Part shown: in pieces, positions 30,515-40,662 of the stretch
Position numbering within the stretch: the first letter of the stretch is position 1
Layout: each line of letters begins with the position of its first letter
Assembly: GCA_963795085.1 (NCBI GenBank)
Contig: CAWCFX010000006.1
Location: 672,001 to 736,000 of the forward strand
Source of the DNA: an uncultured Gemmatimonadales bacterium
GTDB lineage: Bacteria; Gemmatimonadota; Gemmatimonadetes; Gemmatimonadales; GWC2-71-9
Length of the DNA: 64,000 nt
Direction of reading: 5' to 3'
Made by a program: the position numbers and the translations under genes
The notes under the pieces: model-generated
What the model was told of the DNA's origin: nothing
What the model saw: only the letters and a program-made list of their open reading frames with translations
Databases searched by the model: none

Positions 30515-31408
30515 TCATGGCGCCAGGACATTAATTGCACGGGGAACAATGGTCGCCGTGAACGGCGTCAGCCCGCCCGGCTCCCCGTCGAGCTGGGCCG
30601 GCTGGGCCGGCGAGGCCTCCACCCGCACCTCGGTGCCCCTGGCAAAGCCGACGAACCCGCCCGATCCGATCGGCTGGTGGGTACGGAACAGGTCCCAGAT
30701 GGCGCGCATTCCCTCGGTCAGTCCGTTGGCCCGCATCACCACCACGTCGAGCAATCCGTCGTCGGGGACGATCCCCGGACCCAGCCGGATGTAGGGCGGA
30801 ATGACCTCGCCGCAGTTCGCGACCAGCACCATCGCGGCGGTCGCATCGTACTCGTTGCCATCCACCGTGATGCGGTAGTCCACGCTGCGCAGCTCGCCGA
30901 TCAGCCGGAGCGTCGTGGCCACGTAGGCGCCCATGCCCCAGCGCTGCTTCTGGGCCCCGGCGGTCTCCGCCATGACCCGGGCATCATACCCCGCGCCACA
31001 GGCCACCGCGAAATAGTGGACGCCGTCGGGCCGCTCCATGCGGCCCAGGTCCAGGCGCCGGGGCCGGGCCCGGAGCAGTGCCGCCGCGGCCCGGGCGGGC
31101 GGGAGCGGAACCCGCAGGTTCCCGGCCAGGAGATTGCCGGTGCCGCCGGGGATGAGGCCGAGATTGACATCGGTTCCCACCAGGGCCGCGGCGGCCTGCA
31201 TGGTCGTGCCGTCGCCCCCGAAGACCACCACGGTGTCCATGCCCGCGTCCACGGCTTCCTGGGCCAGCCGCCGCGCATCCCCCGGCCCGCCGGTCGCGGC
31301 CACGTCGGCGTGCCAGCCCGCGCCGTGGAGCACGTCCATGATGACGCCGACGCTCCCCGGCTGGGTCCGGGCGGCGGCAGGATTGGCGATCACGAGCACG
31401 CGCGGCAA
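30515..31408 (-). CDS. Diacylglycerol kinase-family (YegS/DAGK) lipid kinase
   Basis: IANPAA, GGDGT, PGGTGNLLA, DDGLLD, QLDGE; start approximate. Confidence 0.9.
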   Translation of the reverse strand: MPRVLVIANPAAARTQPGSVGVIMDVLHGAGWHADVAATGGPGDARRLAQEAVDAGMDTVVVFGGDGTTMQAAAALVGTDVNLGLIPGGTGNLLAGNLRVPLPPARAAAALLRARPRRLDLGRMERPDGVHYFAVACGAGYDARVMAETAGAQKQRWGMGAYVATTLRLIGELRSVDYRITVDGNEYDATAAMVLVANCGEVIPPYIRLGPGIVPDDGLLDVVVMRANGLTEGMRAIWDLFRTHQPIGSGGFVGFARGTEVRVEASPAQPAQLDGEPGGLTPFTATIVPRAINVLAP

Positions 31409-31413
31409 GGGCG

Positions 31414-34400
31414 TCAGTATTCCTTTTCCCAGAGAGCATCCACGCCGAACTGGTACTGGTAGCTCTCCTGGGGGTTCGAGGAGGAGCCGGCCGGGCGGCA
31501 GTTGATCACCGGCTCCAGGCTGGTCTGGAACCGCCATGCGCGGGTGACCCGGTATTCCAGGCCGGTCCCCAGGCTGGCCTTGTCCAGGTTCGAGAAGTTG
31601 TTGCAGAACCCCGCATTGATCGTGAAGAACATCTTGTTGCTCAGCTGCCAGCCCGCGGTCACCTGGTTAGTGCCCTGGCTGGAGAAAATGTTGCCGCCGC
31701 CGGCCCGGATCTCAAAGAAGTCCACCGGAATGCCCAGGTCGGAAATGAACACCCGCTGGAGCTCGCTGGAGAGCGCGCTCCCAAGATAGGCCAGGCCGGT
31801 CTCCAGCGCCGCCTGCTGCTGGCCGGCATCGCTCACGCCGACGCCGGGGAGCTGCGGGCTGGGCCGGCCGAACATCAGGTAGGAGACCAGTTCCGATTCG
31901 GTCGGCGAAGGACGAATGGTGCTTTCCAGCGAAAGCTTGGGCAGCAGCAGCGTTCCGGTGATCCGGGCGATGACGGGGATGTCCTCGCTGGCCGTCTGCA
32001 CCAGGTGCTCGGCGGTGATGTCCAGCTCGGCGTTCAGGTCCGTCGTCCCGAAGTAGCGGACATTTCCCCGCTGCACCTGGAAATCCCGGGTGACGAACCC
32101 GATGTGCAGGGTGTAGGTGCCCCGGATGGCGGTAAAGGTCCCGTCGAACCGGTAGGTCCTCCCGACCTTGTTGGCCAGCACCGCCCCCTCGAGCTGCACG
32201 TTCGCGTCGCTGGAGCGCAGCCAGAACTGGTCCTGCACGGTGAGCCGCAGGTCCTGGATATTGAGCGAGTCCAGGAAGACGCTCTGGAAATCGGCGCCCA
32301 GCTTGCGGGTGCGAATCAGGGTGGTGTCGATCAGGTCGGCGTACTCCGGGCTCGACAGGTTGACGATCCGCTTGGTCAGCAGGTCGGCGAAGTGGAGCAC
32401 CCCGCTGTTGGCCACGATGTCGCCGGTCAGCACCGCCCCGTACACCGGTCCCCGGAGGGTGCCGTTCCCGCTGGCTTCCAGGGTCAGGAAGGTGGGATCG
32501 TTGATGGCCAGGAAATTGTCGGCCCGGAGGTCGAGGGCCAGCACCGGGCGGGTCAGCCGCTCCAGCCGGATGCCCCCGGATACCTGGAGTTCTCCGGGAC
32601 CGCTGGTGGTCCGGAATCGCCGCACCAGGATGGAATCACCCTGGAAATCGAAGCGGCCGTTCATGTAGCCATAACGGACGCCGAGGCTGGGAAGGGTCGC
32701 CGCGCCGTTGATGACCTCCAGGAAGCCCGCCATGCGGGGCGATTCCCAGCTCCCGGTGATCTCGACATCGGTCCGGAGCAGCCCCTGCACCCGGCGGATG
32801 GCCGGGGTGAACGCCTCCAGCAGCGCGAGATTGACGCTGTCGGCCTCCGCGTGGATGAAGAGGTCGCCCGGGAGCTGGCGCCGCTCGACCTGGCGGAGCG
32901 CGAGATCCAGGGGAAGCCGGGCCTCCACCCGGAGGACCTGCACGCCGGTCCGCCAGAGCAGCAGGTTCGCGTCCAGCCGCTGATCGCGATAATCGAAAAC
33001 CCCCTGCAGGAACGGCGACCGGAAGTCACCCAGGATCAGGTCGCCCAGCATGCCGCTGCCGGAGATGGTCGGCTCGGCCGCGGTCCCCGCGAACTCCACG
33101 TCCATCGAGAGATTCCCGGCAATGCCGGTGGTGTCCCGCTGCAGGAGGGCATAGATATCCCGCAACGAGATCTGCTTCCCTTCCAGGAACAGGTGGCCGG
33201 GGCTGCTGCGCGGCAACTCGCCGTTCACGGTGAACGAGCCGCTCCGGTCATCGGTGACCAGCCGCAGCTCGGTGAACCGCAGCACGTCGCTTCCGATCAC
33301 CACGTCGGCCGGGGCCGCCAGCCGCCAGGTATGTTCAGGGAGGCCGGCCGCAAGGCTGTCGAGCGAGAGGATCCAGCCGCGGCGGCCCTGCTCCCACCAG
33401 CGCCCCCCGCCGGAGAGGTTGGCCCGGTCCCCGGCCCGGAGCGAACCGGACCAGGAGAGGCTGTCGGTCCAGCCGGCGACCGCCACGTTGACCCCGGTGT
33501 AGGCCCCGCCGCCCACCATGATGGAATCCGAGACGACCGTGATGGCAGTTTGGGGCCGGGCGCCGCCGGTCCAGCCCAGGGTGGCCACAGCGCCGGGACT
33601 CCGAATGTCCTGCCACTGGAAGTCCTGCACGACGAGATCCCCCCGGGCCAGCAGCGAATCCACGGAACCCGCCAGGAGAAAATCGGCCTCGGCCGACCCG
33701 CTCAGCGGAACCAGACCGGTCGCGCTGTCGTGCTCTGCCTTCGTGAGGTTAAGCAGCAGCGTGTCGAACGGGGCCAGCGACGCGGCCCTCGCACTCACCG
33801 TCATTTCGCCGGTGTGCGGGTAGCTCCAGCCCAGGGTCCCCCGTCCCGACACCTCGCCGCCGGCCTCGTCGCCGCCCCAGGCCACCGCCAGGGTATCCAC
33901 CGTGAGGACACTGTCGCGGATCGCGAACGCCACGTGCATCGTATCCAGCAGGAACTCGCGGATCAGGCTGGAGTCGAGCGAGACCCAGGCGCTGCCCTCC
34001 GGCGCCCGCAGGGTGTCCGTCACCATGGCTATGAAGGCCCTGCCGTTGAGCCGGGTGGCCACGGTGCTGTCCTGGATGGCCGACAGGTCCAGGCTGGTAA
34101 ACCGCACGTCGAGGCTGTCGGCGCCCAGCCGGGGGGGCAGCAGGGTGACCGCCCCAACAGCCTGCACCGTGCCCAGCTGCCCCTGCACATTGGCGTCAAT
34201 GACCAGCCGGGCCAGGTCGCCGTGGGTCCGCAGCGTGCCCGCCACCTCGCCGCGCAGCGTCAGCGCGGGGAAGGACGAACGCAGGCCGTCGAAATCAACC
34301 GGGTCCAGCACCAGGTCGGACTCCAGCCCCAGGATGGCGCCCCGGGTATCCAGGCGGACCCGGCCCTGGATCGCGCTCAGGTCGCCGTCGCCGTCCCGGT

Positions 34401-35838
34401 GTTCCACCCGGCCCTCGAAGCCGACGTTCTTCCATGGCCCCTCGAGGGTGCCGGCCAGCTGGACCCGGCCATTCAACTGTACCGCGGGCGAGACCAGGCG
34501 GACCGACCGGAGGTCGAAATCCGATACCGTCACCAGGAAGTTGTCGAAGACCGCGCCCTCGGGACCGCCCATGTGGAGCACCCCCGCCGCGGTCACGGTG
34601 CTGTTGGCCCCCCCGGCGATCCGCGCGTCGTCAAACCGGATCGCCAGGTCCACGCCCATGCTGTCGAGAAATCCGTGAGCCCCCAGCGTCCCGGTAATGG
34701 TGCCATCGAGGGGGAGGGTGTCGAGATAGGGGCGCGCGATGTCCAGGTTCACCTGGTTCAGCCGCACCCGCATATCGCGGACACCCAGTCCCCGGCGGGT
34801 ATCCAGCACGGCGGTCGCGGCTCCGTCGATGGTGGCGGGCCCCTGCTCCAGGTGGAGGTCGTTCAGCGCATAGACCGCGCGCTGGTTGCCTTCCGAACTG
34901 GCCGCGATGCTGGCCCGGCCGGTCATGTCGGGGAAATCGGGCGAGATCCAGCGCAGGTCCTTGAGATCCAGGCGGGGCGCCTCGAGGGCCAGGTCGTAGA
35001 GCAGCGTGTCGTCGGGGAAGGACACCACGCCGCCGCCATGAAACGTGGAATTCGGCAGGGCGCCCCGCACCACGCTCACCGTGATGCTGTCGTTCTTGAC
35101 CCGGAGCCGCCCCACGAAATCCCGGATGGTGACACCGGGATCGCTGAACTGGACGGCGAGACTGTCCACCTCGGCCTCCAGCGGGTCCTTCTGGGGCGTG
35201 ACAATACGGAGGAGCGGAAGCCGGGCCGTGAGCGCCTGGGCCACCACCACCTTCTGCAGGCCGTCCCGCCCTTCCTCGATGACCCGGCCCGGCTTGGCCC
35301 GTTCCGCGGCGAGCGCCGCGTTGCGCTCGGCTTCGCTGGTGACGCCGGCCTTGAACCTCCACGGGGTATAGATCCGCACCGTCCCGCTGTCCACCGACAG
35401 CCCCCGCAGTTCCACCAGCGGCGAAGGGCCGCCCCCCGCCGACTCGCCCAGCCGGAGGATCTCTTCGTAGTTCATCCGCCCGTTGCGGTGCTTGATGATC
35501 TGGATGGTCGGCCGCACCAGCCGCACTCCCGTCAGGACGATGCGGTTGGCCAGCAGGTTGGGAAGGCTGTATCCCACTTCCAGGTGGGGGATGTCGGCGA
35601 AGAGCGTGCCCGAGGTGTCCCGGATCGTCAGCCGGTCGATCTCCAGCCCGAAGAGAAACGATCCCGCGATTCTCCCTACTTCGACGTCGCCCCGGAACAG
35701 GGTGTCGATGTAGCGGGAGACGCCCCGGGCCAGCAGGTCCCGGCCGGGGCCGGTCATCGTCAGCGCCACCACGATGCCCAGCACCATGGGGATGGTGCCC
35801 AGCACGATGATGAGAACCGCGTTGACGAAGCGGCGCAT
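31414..35838 (-). CDS. tamB: Translocation/assembly module TamB-family protein
   Basis: 1474 aa, N-terminal TM anchor, beta-taco-like repeats, C-terminal DUF490-like segment (ELVSYLMFGR); coupled to an Omp85 gene. Confidence 0.85.
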   Translation of the reverse strand: MRRFVNAVLIIVLGTIPMVLGIVVALTMTGPGRDLLARGVSRYIDTLFRGDVEVGRIAGSFLFGLEIDRLTIRDTSGTLFADIPHLEVGYSLPNLLANRIVLTGVRLVRPTIQIIKHRNGRMNYEEILRLGESAGGGPSPLVELRGLSVDSGTVRIYTPWRFKAGVTSEAERNAALAAERAKPGRVIEEGRDGLQKVVVAQALTARLPLLRIVTPQKDPLEAEVDSLAVQFSDPGVTIRDFVGRLRVKNDSITVSVVRGALPNSTFHGGGVVSFPDDTLLYDLALEAPRLDLKDLRWISPDFPDMTGRASIAASSEGNQRAVYALNDLHLEQGPATIDGAATAVLDTRRGLGVRDMRVRLNQVNLDIARPYLDTLPLDGTITGTLGAHGFLDSMGVDLAIRFDDARIAGGANSTVTAAGVLHMGGPEGAVFDNFLVTVSDFDLRSVRLVSPAVQLNGRVQLAGTLEGPWKNVGFEGRVEHRDGDGDLSAIQGRVRLDTRGAILGLESDLVLDPVDFDGLRSSFPALTLRGEVAGTLRTHGDLARLVIDANVQGQLGTVQAVGAVTLLPPRLGADSLDVRFTSLDLSAIQDSTVATRLNGRAFIAMVTDTLRAPEGSAWVSLDSSLIREFLLDTMHVAFAIRDSVLTVDTLAVAWGGDEAGGEVSGRGTLGWSYPHTGEMTVSARAASLAPFDTLLLNLTKAEHDSATGLVPLSGSAEADFLLAGSVDSLLARGDLVVQDFQWQDIRSPGAVATLGWTGGARPQTAITVVSDSIMVGGGAYTGVNVAVAGWTDSLSWSGSLRAGDRANLSGGGRWWEQGRRGWILSLDSLAAGLPEHTWRLAAPADVVIGSDVLRFTELRLVTDDRSGSFTVNGELPRSSPGHLFLEGKQISLRDIYALLQRDTTGIAGNLSMDVEFAGTAAEPTISGSGMLGDLILGDFRSPFLQGVFDYRDQRLDANLLLWRTGVQVLRVEARLPLDLALRQVERRQLPGDLFIHAEADSVNLALLEAFTPAIRRVQGLLRTDVEITGSWESPRMAGFLEVINGAATLPSLGVRYGYMNGRFDFQGDSILVRRFRTTSGPGELQVSGGIRLERLTRPVLALDLRADNFLAINDPTFLTLEASGNGTLRGPVYGAVLTGDIVANSGVLHFADLLTKRIVNLSSPEYADLIDTTLIRTRKLGADFQSVFLDSLNIQDLRLTVQDQFWLRSSDANVQLEGAVLANKVGRTYRFDGTFTAIRGTYTLHIGFVTRDFQVQRGNVRYFGTTDLNAELDITAEHLVQTASEDIPVIARITGTLLLPKLSLESTIRPSPTESELVSYLMFGRPSPQLPGVGVSDAGQQQAALETGLAYLGSALSSELQRVFISDLGIPVDFFEIRAGGGNIFSSQGTNQVTAGWQLSNKMFFTINAGFCNNFSNLDKASLGTGLEYRVTRAWRFQTSLEPVINCRPAGSSSNPQESYQYQFGVDALWEKEY

Positions 35839-37976
35839 CAGAAGGGCTGCCCGATGGCGAACTGGAACGTGATGGACGAGCCTTTGCCGCGGGCAAAGTC
35901 GTCGGCGATCTTGACCAGGTCGCCGGTGGCGAGCGACGAGCGGTAAAGCGCCCCCGGCTGCCGCTCATAGCCGTTGTAGGCGATATCCAGCCGGGCCGGC
36001 CCCAGGGGAGTCCCGATCCGGAACCCGAACCCCGGGGTGAACCGGAGACTCGCGGGAGCCACGTCCTGGCGCCCCCGCTCCCACACGGTGCCCGCATCCA
36101 GGAAGAACGCGATCTTCATCCGGTTGGACAGGACCGGCGAAGGGATGCGCAGTTCCACGTTGCCCACCGCGAGGGTGTTGCCCCCGGTCGCCGCGAACCG
36201 CACCGGCAGCGAGTCGCGCTGGATCAGCTGAAGAATGCGGGTCGTGTCGGTCTCGCTGGTCTCGACCACATACACCAGGGGTCCCAGTTCATTCCGCTGG
36301 AACCCGCGCACGTCGTTGGGGCCGCCGCCATAGAACCGCTCCTCGGGGGGAATGAAACTCACCGTCTGGGACGCGAACTCCACCTGGGGCGCGAAAATCG
36401 CCCCCAGGCGGAACCGCCAGCTCAGCACGATGTCCCGGTCCAGTTCCCGGTACCAGGCGGCATTGCCGATCAGCTTCACGAACTCCTGGGTCGTGGCGGA
36501 GCCCAGCAGCCGTGAGCTGACGGTGGCTTCGGCAGAATGGAGATGCCCCTGGCTGGGATCGAGCGTGCTGTTGACCCGCGGCAGCGAGATCGACCCGGTC
36601 AGGGTGCCGAGAAACCGCTTCTGCCGCAGCAGGGCCACGTCCTCGCCGGTGCAGGCGCTGAAGAAGGCGCAGAAACTCGCCGCCGAGGCCTCGGTGCCCC
36701 CGTAGGAGAGCTTGTAGCTCACGGTCAGCGGGACACGTTTGAGTCCCTCCCGGCGGACCGTAAAGCTGCCGCCCAACTCCTCGCGGAGATAGATCTTGAA
36801 TTCCGACCGGCGGTCGGCGAAGAGCGACACCGTGGCCGTATTCAGGGGCCCGAGGAACCCCGGCTGCTCCAGCGAGGCCGTCAGGTTGTAGTTGAGCTTG
36901 TCGGAGCCGATGGAGTCCTCGGCGAGCAGTCCGCAGACGGAGTTCTGGAACCCGGCGTCCAGCGGGTCGGCTACGCCAACCTTGGAGAGCCGGCCGGAAA
37001 GATCCAGGATTCGACCGCCGCCGCTGAAATTGCGGGCCCGCCACCCCGCGCTGCCCCGGACGCAATCGGTGGTGCCGTAGCCCAGGCTGGCCCGGGCCCG
37101 GTGCCCCCGTCCCGGCCGGATCCGGGCCAGCAGGGGGACCGAGGAGTCGCCGGAGGGAAAGCTGGCCGAATCGATCTGCACCGAGGCAAACTGGAACAGC
37201 TCGGTGCGGTACAGGTTGCGCTGGCTGATGAACAGTTCTTCCTGGGAAAAGAGCCGCCCCGGGCGCGCGGGGACCATCTTGCGGACAAACGAGGTATCGA
37301 TCGGGCTTTCGCCCTCCACCCGGATCGATTCGATCGTGGACAGCGGACCGGGAACCACGTCGAGGGTGACCTCCGCCTCCCGGGTCTCCACGTTCTGCTC
37401 GAAATTCCGGAACACCAGGGCCGCCGGATAGCCCCGGTTGCGCAGCCGCCGCACCAGCGAGTCGGAGGAGGCCGCCATCAGGTAGCGATTGAAGGGGTCC
37501 CCTTCGCGGAGCGGCAGGTTCCCGGTGATGGAACTCTTGCTCTGCACCTCCCGGATGCCGGTCACCGCCATGCTGGTCACCACCACCGGCTCGCCCTCGG
37601 TAATCTTGAAGGTGATCTTGACCGTCTCGTCGGTCCGCCGGACCAGGGTGTCCACCTGGACATCCGGAAAGCCGCTGTACTTGTAGATGACCCCGATGCG
37701 CAGCACGTCCGCGACGAACTCGCGCTCGTTGAAGTAGCGCTTCTCGCCCAGGAACCCCAGCCAGCGAAAGGGAACCGTCCGGGCGAACCAGCCCGAGTTG
37801 GTGGTGGAAATACCGGTGGCGAGGACGGTGGCCGGGATGTGGTCGTTGCCCTGGAACTCGAGCCCCATGACAATGCGCTGCGGTTCCTGCGCGGCAAGAT
37901 TCCCCCCCATGCCGAGGAACAGGACCATCGCCAGGATTCGATCACCACGCGCCACCCAGTCGGAGAATACCCGCAA
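35838..37976 (-). CDS. BamA/TamA (Omp85) family outer membrane protein
   Basis: POTRA-like repeats, RFYGGG.NDVRGF, TPLGPARLD, C-terminal IGQPF; start may be ATG 37928. Confidence 0.9.
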   Translation of the reverse strand: MRVFSDWVARGDRILAMVLFLGMGGNLAAQEPQRIVMGLEFQGNDHIPATVLATGISTTNSGWFARTVPFRWLGFLGEKRYFNEREFVADVLRIGVIYKYSGFPDVQVDTLVRRTDETVKITFKITEGEPVVVTSMAVTGIREVQSKSSITGNLPLREGDPFNRYLMAASSDSLVRRLRNRGYPAALVFRNFEQNVETREAEVTLDVVPGPLSTIESIRVEGESPIDTSFVRKMVPARPGRLFSQEELFISQRNLYRTELFQFASVQIDSASFPSGDSSVPLLARIRPGRGHRARASLGYGTTDCVRGSAGWRARNFSGGGRILDLSGRLSKVGVADPLDAGFQNSVCGLLAEDSIGSDKLNYNLTASLEQPGFLGPLNTATVSLFADRRSEFKIYLREELGGSFTVRREGLKRVPLTVSYKLSYGGTEASAASFCAFFSACTGEDVALLRQKRFLGTLTGSISLPRVNSTLDPSQGHLHSAEATVSSRLLGSATTQEFVKLIGNAAWYRELDRDIVLSWRFRLGAIFAPQVEFASQTVSFIPPEERFYGGGPNDVRGFQRNELGPLVYVVETSETDTTRILQLIQRDSLPVRFAATGGNTLAVGNVELRIPSPVLSNRMKIAFFLDAGTVWERGRQDVAPASLRFTPGFGFRIGTPLGPARLDIAYNGYERQPGALYRSSLATGDLVKIADDFARGKGSSITFQFAIGQPF

Positions 37977-38086
37977 AGCACTTCCTTATTTAATTGACGA
38001 TGCCCCGTAACCTCAGTAGTTTGGCGGTGTTACAGCCAAGTGTCAACTTATTGGGCGGCAGCCCTCCACTGGCGAATCGAGGCGAT

Positions 38087-39622
38087 ATGCGCCGCTGGCT
38101 CCTAACTTCGCTCTTCCTCCTGTCCGGGTGCGGTGACGGAAGCACCCCGGGCACCCTGCAGTACTATTTCACCTATGATCCCCGCTCCCTGGATCCGGCC
38201 CTCTCCACCGATGTGCCGACCGGCGAGGTGGTCGCCCTGCTCTTCGACAACCTGACCCAGTTCAACGTCGACGGTGACCTGGAACCGGGCCTCGCCTCCC
38301 GGTGGACCACCGACTCGTCGGGGATGGTGTACACCTTCCATCTCCGCGGGGGCGCCGCCTTTCACGATGGGGCGGTCGTGACCGCGGAGCATGTGCGGCA
38401 GTCCTTCCTGCGCGCCCTGGATCCCCAGACCCGGAGCGGGCGGGCGTGGCCGCTCTTTCCCATCGCGGGGGCCCGCGGGTACGCCAACGGCGATGCCGGC
38501 GCGGTCCGCGGCATCGAGACACCTGACGATTCCACGGTGGTGCTGACCCTGGACGAGCCGCTCAACGTGTTCCCCAAGCTGCTCGCCATGCCGGTGGCGG
38601 CGGTCACCCCCGCGCCGGTAGACGCCTCCTTTGCGCAGCAGCCGGTCGGGAGCGGCCCCTGGAAGTTCGTGTCCTGGTCCCATGACGACGCGATCCTGCT
38701 GGCCAGGAACGACGCGTACTGGGGCCCGAAACCGGCCGCCGAGTCGCTCCGCATCCGGATCATTCCGGAGGCGCTGACCCAGGCCGCCGAGTACGAGTCG
38801 GGCCAGCTGAGCGTGGTGGAGATTCCCTTCGGGGAGAGCCGGCGGTGGGAGACGGAGCATGGCGACGAGATCCTCCGGCGCCCGGCCATCCGCGATGCCT
38901 ACATCGCCATTAACACGACCCGGGGCCCGCTCCGGGACGTGCGGGTGCGGCGCGCGCTCAATCATGCGGTGGACATGCCCACCATTCTCCGCACGGTGAT
39001 CGGGGGCCGCGGCATCCAGGCCGCGGGCGCGCTGCCCCCCGGGATCCTCGGGTACGATTCCACCCGGGCGCCCTACGCCTACGACCCGGCACGAGCCCGC
39101 CAGCTCCTGGCCGAGGCCGGGTATGGGAACGGCTTTTCGCTCAAGCTGTGGCGCACCGCGCGGGAACAGTACTCCCGGATCGCGCAGGCGGTGCAGCAGC
39201 AGCTGGGCGTGGTCGGCATCACGGTGGAGATTGTCGAGCGGGACGCATCCTCGGCCCGGTCCGCCGCCCGCAACGGCGAGACCGATCTCTTCCTCACCGA
39301 CTGGTACGCCGACTACCCCGATCCCGAGAACTTCAACTACCCGCTGTTCTATTCCGGCAGCAAGGGCCCCGGCGGGAACTACGCGTTCTATGAGAACGCG
39401 GCGCTCGATTCCATGATCCTCCGGGCCCGCGCCACCCTCGATATGGCGGAAAAGGAGCGGCTCTCCCGCGAGATTGACCAGCGGGTATTCGACGCGGCGC
39501 CCTGGATTTTCGCCTACTTTCCGGTGGACTGGTGGGCCCGGAAGCCGGAGGTGAGCGGATGGGAGATCCCGGCCATCTTCAACGGGCAGCGCTGGGTCAA
39601 CGCGCGGGTCACGGCGCCATAA
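38087..39622 (+). CDS. Peptide ABC transporter substrate-binding lipoprotein (SBP family 5)
   Basis: Lipobox LSGC, SLDPA, PGLASRW, VGSGPWK, VRRALNHAVD. Confidence 0.92.
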   Translation: MRRWLLTSLFLLSGCGDGSTPGTLQYYFTYDPRSLDPALSTDVPTGEVVALLFDNLTQFNVDGDLEPGLASRWTTDSSGMVYTFHLRGGAAFHDGAVVTAEHVRQSFLRALDPQTRSGRAWPLFPIAGARGYANGDAGAVRGIETPDDSTVVLTLDEPLNVFPKLLAMPVAAVTPAPVDASFAQQPVGSGPWKFVSWSHDDAILLARNDAYWGPKPAAESLRIRIIPEALTQAAEYESGQLSVVEIPFGESRRWETEHGDEILRRPAIRDAYIAINTTRGPLRDVRVRRALNHAVDMPTILRTVIGGRGIQAAGALPPGILGYDSTRAPYAYDPARARQLLAEAGYGNGFSLKLWRTAREQYSRIAQAVQQQLGVVGITVEIVERDASSARSAARNGETDLFLTDWYADYPDPENFNYPLFYSGSKGPGGNYAFYENAALDSMILRARATLDMAEKERLSREIDQRVFDAAPWIFAYFPVDWWARKPEVSGWEIPAIFNGQRWVNARVTAP

Positions 39623-39741
39623 ACCTGCTCCCCGCAGCGGACCGGATACCTTTCGAGCCCCGCCCGGAAAAGGACGGCCATGCAACCTGGTAGCATCCCC
39701 GCGGCCCGCGCGCGATCCCGGCAAACTCCGGGAGGAACCCA

Positions 39742-40662
39742 ATGAAGGCATTCCTGGCCCGGCGCCTCCTGCTGCTGATCCCGACCCTGCTCGGCGTGCT
39801 GGTGGTGGCCTTTCTGCTGCTCTACGTGGCGCCCGGCGACCCGGTGCTCTCCATGGTGGGCGAGCGGGCCGACGCCGAAACCATCGCCCGGCTGCGGGCC
39901 GAGCTCCGCCTCGACGATCCCCTGCCCCGCCAGTTCGCCCACTACGTGGGGGGCGTGGTCCAGGGCGACCTCGGCACCTCGTACATCACCAACCGCCCCA
40001 TCCTGCAGGACCTGCTGGAACGATTTCCGGCGACCCTCCGGCTGGCCACCGCCGCCATGGTCTTCGCCACCACCCTCGGCATCCTGATCGGGATATACGG
40101 CGCCTGGCGGCCGGGCACCTGGTTCGACCGCTTCACCACCCTGGGCGCCTACCTCGGCGTCTCCTTCCCGGTGTACTGGGTAGGGTTGCTGCTCATCCTG
40201 ATTTTCGCCGTGGGGCTCCGCTGGCTGCCGCCCTCCGGCTCCGGCGGGTTTCTCTTTCTCATTCTGCCCGCGGTGACCCTGGGCATGCGGTCGGTCGCCT
40301 TCCTCGCGCGGATGACCCGGGCCGCCATGCAGGAGGTCCTGCGCAGCGATTTCATCCGGACCGCGCGCGCCCGAGGCCTCGGCGAGATGCGGGTCGTGCT
40401 CAGCCATGGGCTCCGCAATGCGCTGCTCCCGGTGATCACCGTGCTGGGCCTGGATTTCGGCAGCTACCTCACCGGGTCAATCCTGACCGAAACCATCTTC
40501 TCCTGGCCCGGCGTAGGGCGATATGTCCTGACGGCGATCGAGAAGCGGGATCTCCCGGCCGTGCAGGGCAGCATACTCTTCCTCAGCCTGGTATTCGTGT
40601 TTGTCAACCTCATCACAGACCTGGTCTATGCGAAAGTGGATCCCCGGGTGGCGTATGACTGA
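39742..40662 (+). CDS. Peptide ABC transporter permease (DppB/OppB)
   Basis: PGDP, GDLGTS, TARARGL, HGLRNAL, ETIFSWPGVG, DPRV. Confidence 0.94.
   Translation: MKAFLARRLLLLIPTLLGVLVVAFLLLYVAPGDPVLSMVGERADAETIARLRAELRLDDPLPRQFAHYVGGVVQGDLGTSYITNRPILQDLLERFPATLRLATAAMVFATTLGILIGIYGAWRPGTWFDRFTTLGAYLGVSFPVYWVGLLLILIFAVGLRWLPPSGSGGFLFLILPAVTLGMRSVAFLARMTRAAMQEVLRSDFIRTARARGLGEMRVVLSHGLRNALLPVITVLGLDFGSYLTGSILTETIFSWPGVGRYVLTAIEKRDLPAVQGSILFLSLVFVFVNLITDLVYAKVDPRVAYD

Noticed and set aside
32005..35946. 1313-aa + strand ORF and other long antisense ORFs (e.g. 1166-3262, 23577-25733, 45364-47310)
   Set aside because: Shadow frames opposite well-supported genes, expected in high-GC DNA; no motifs.
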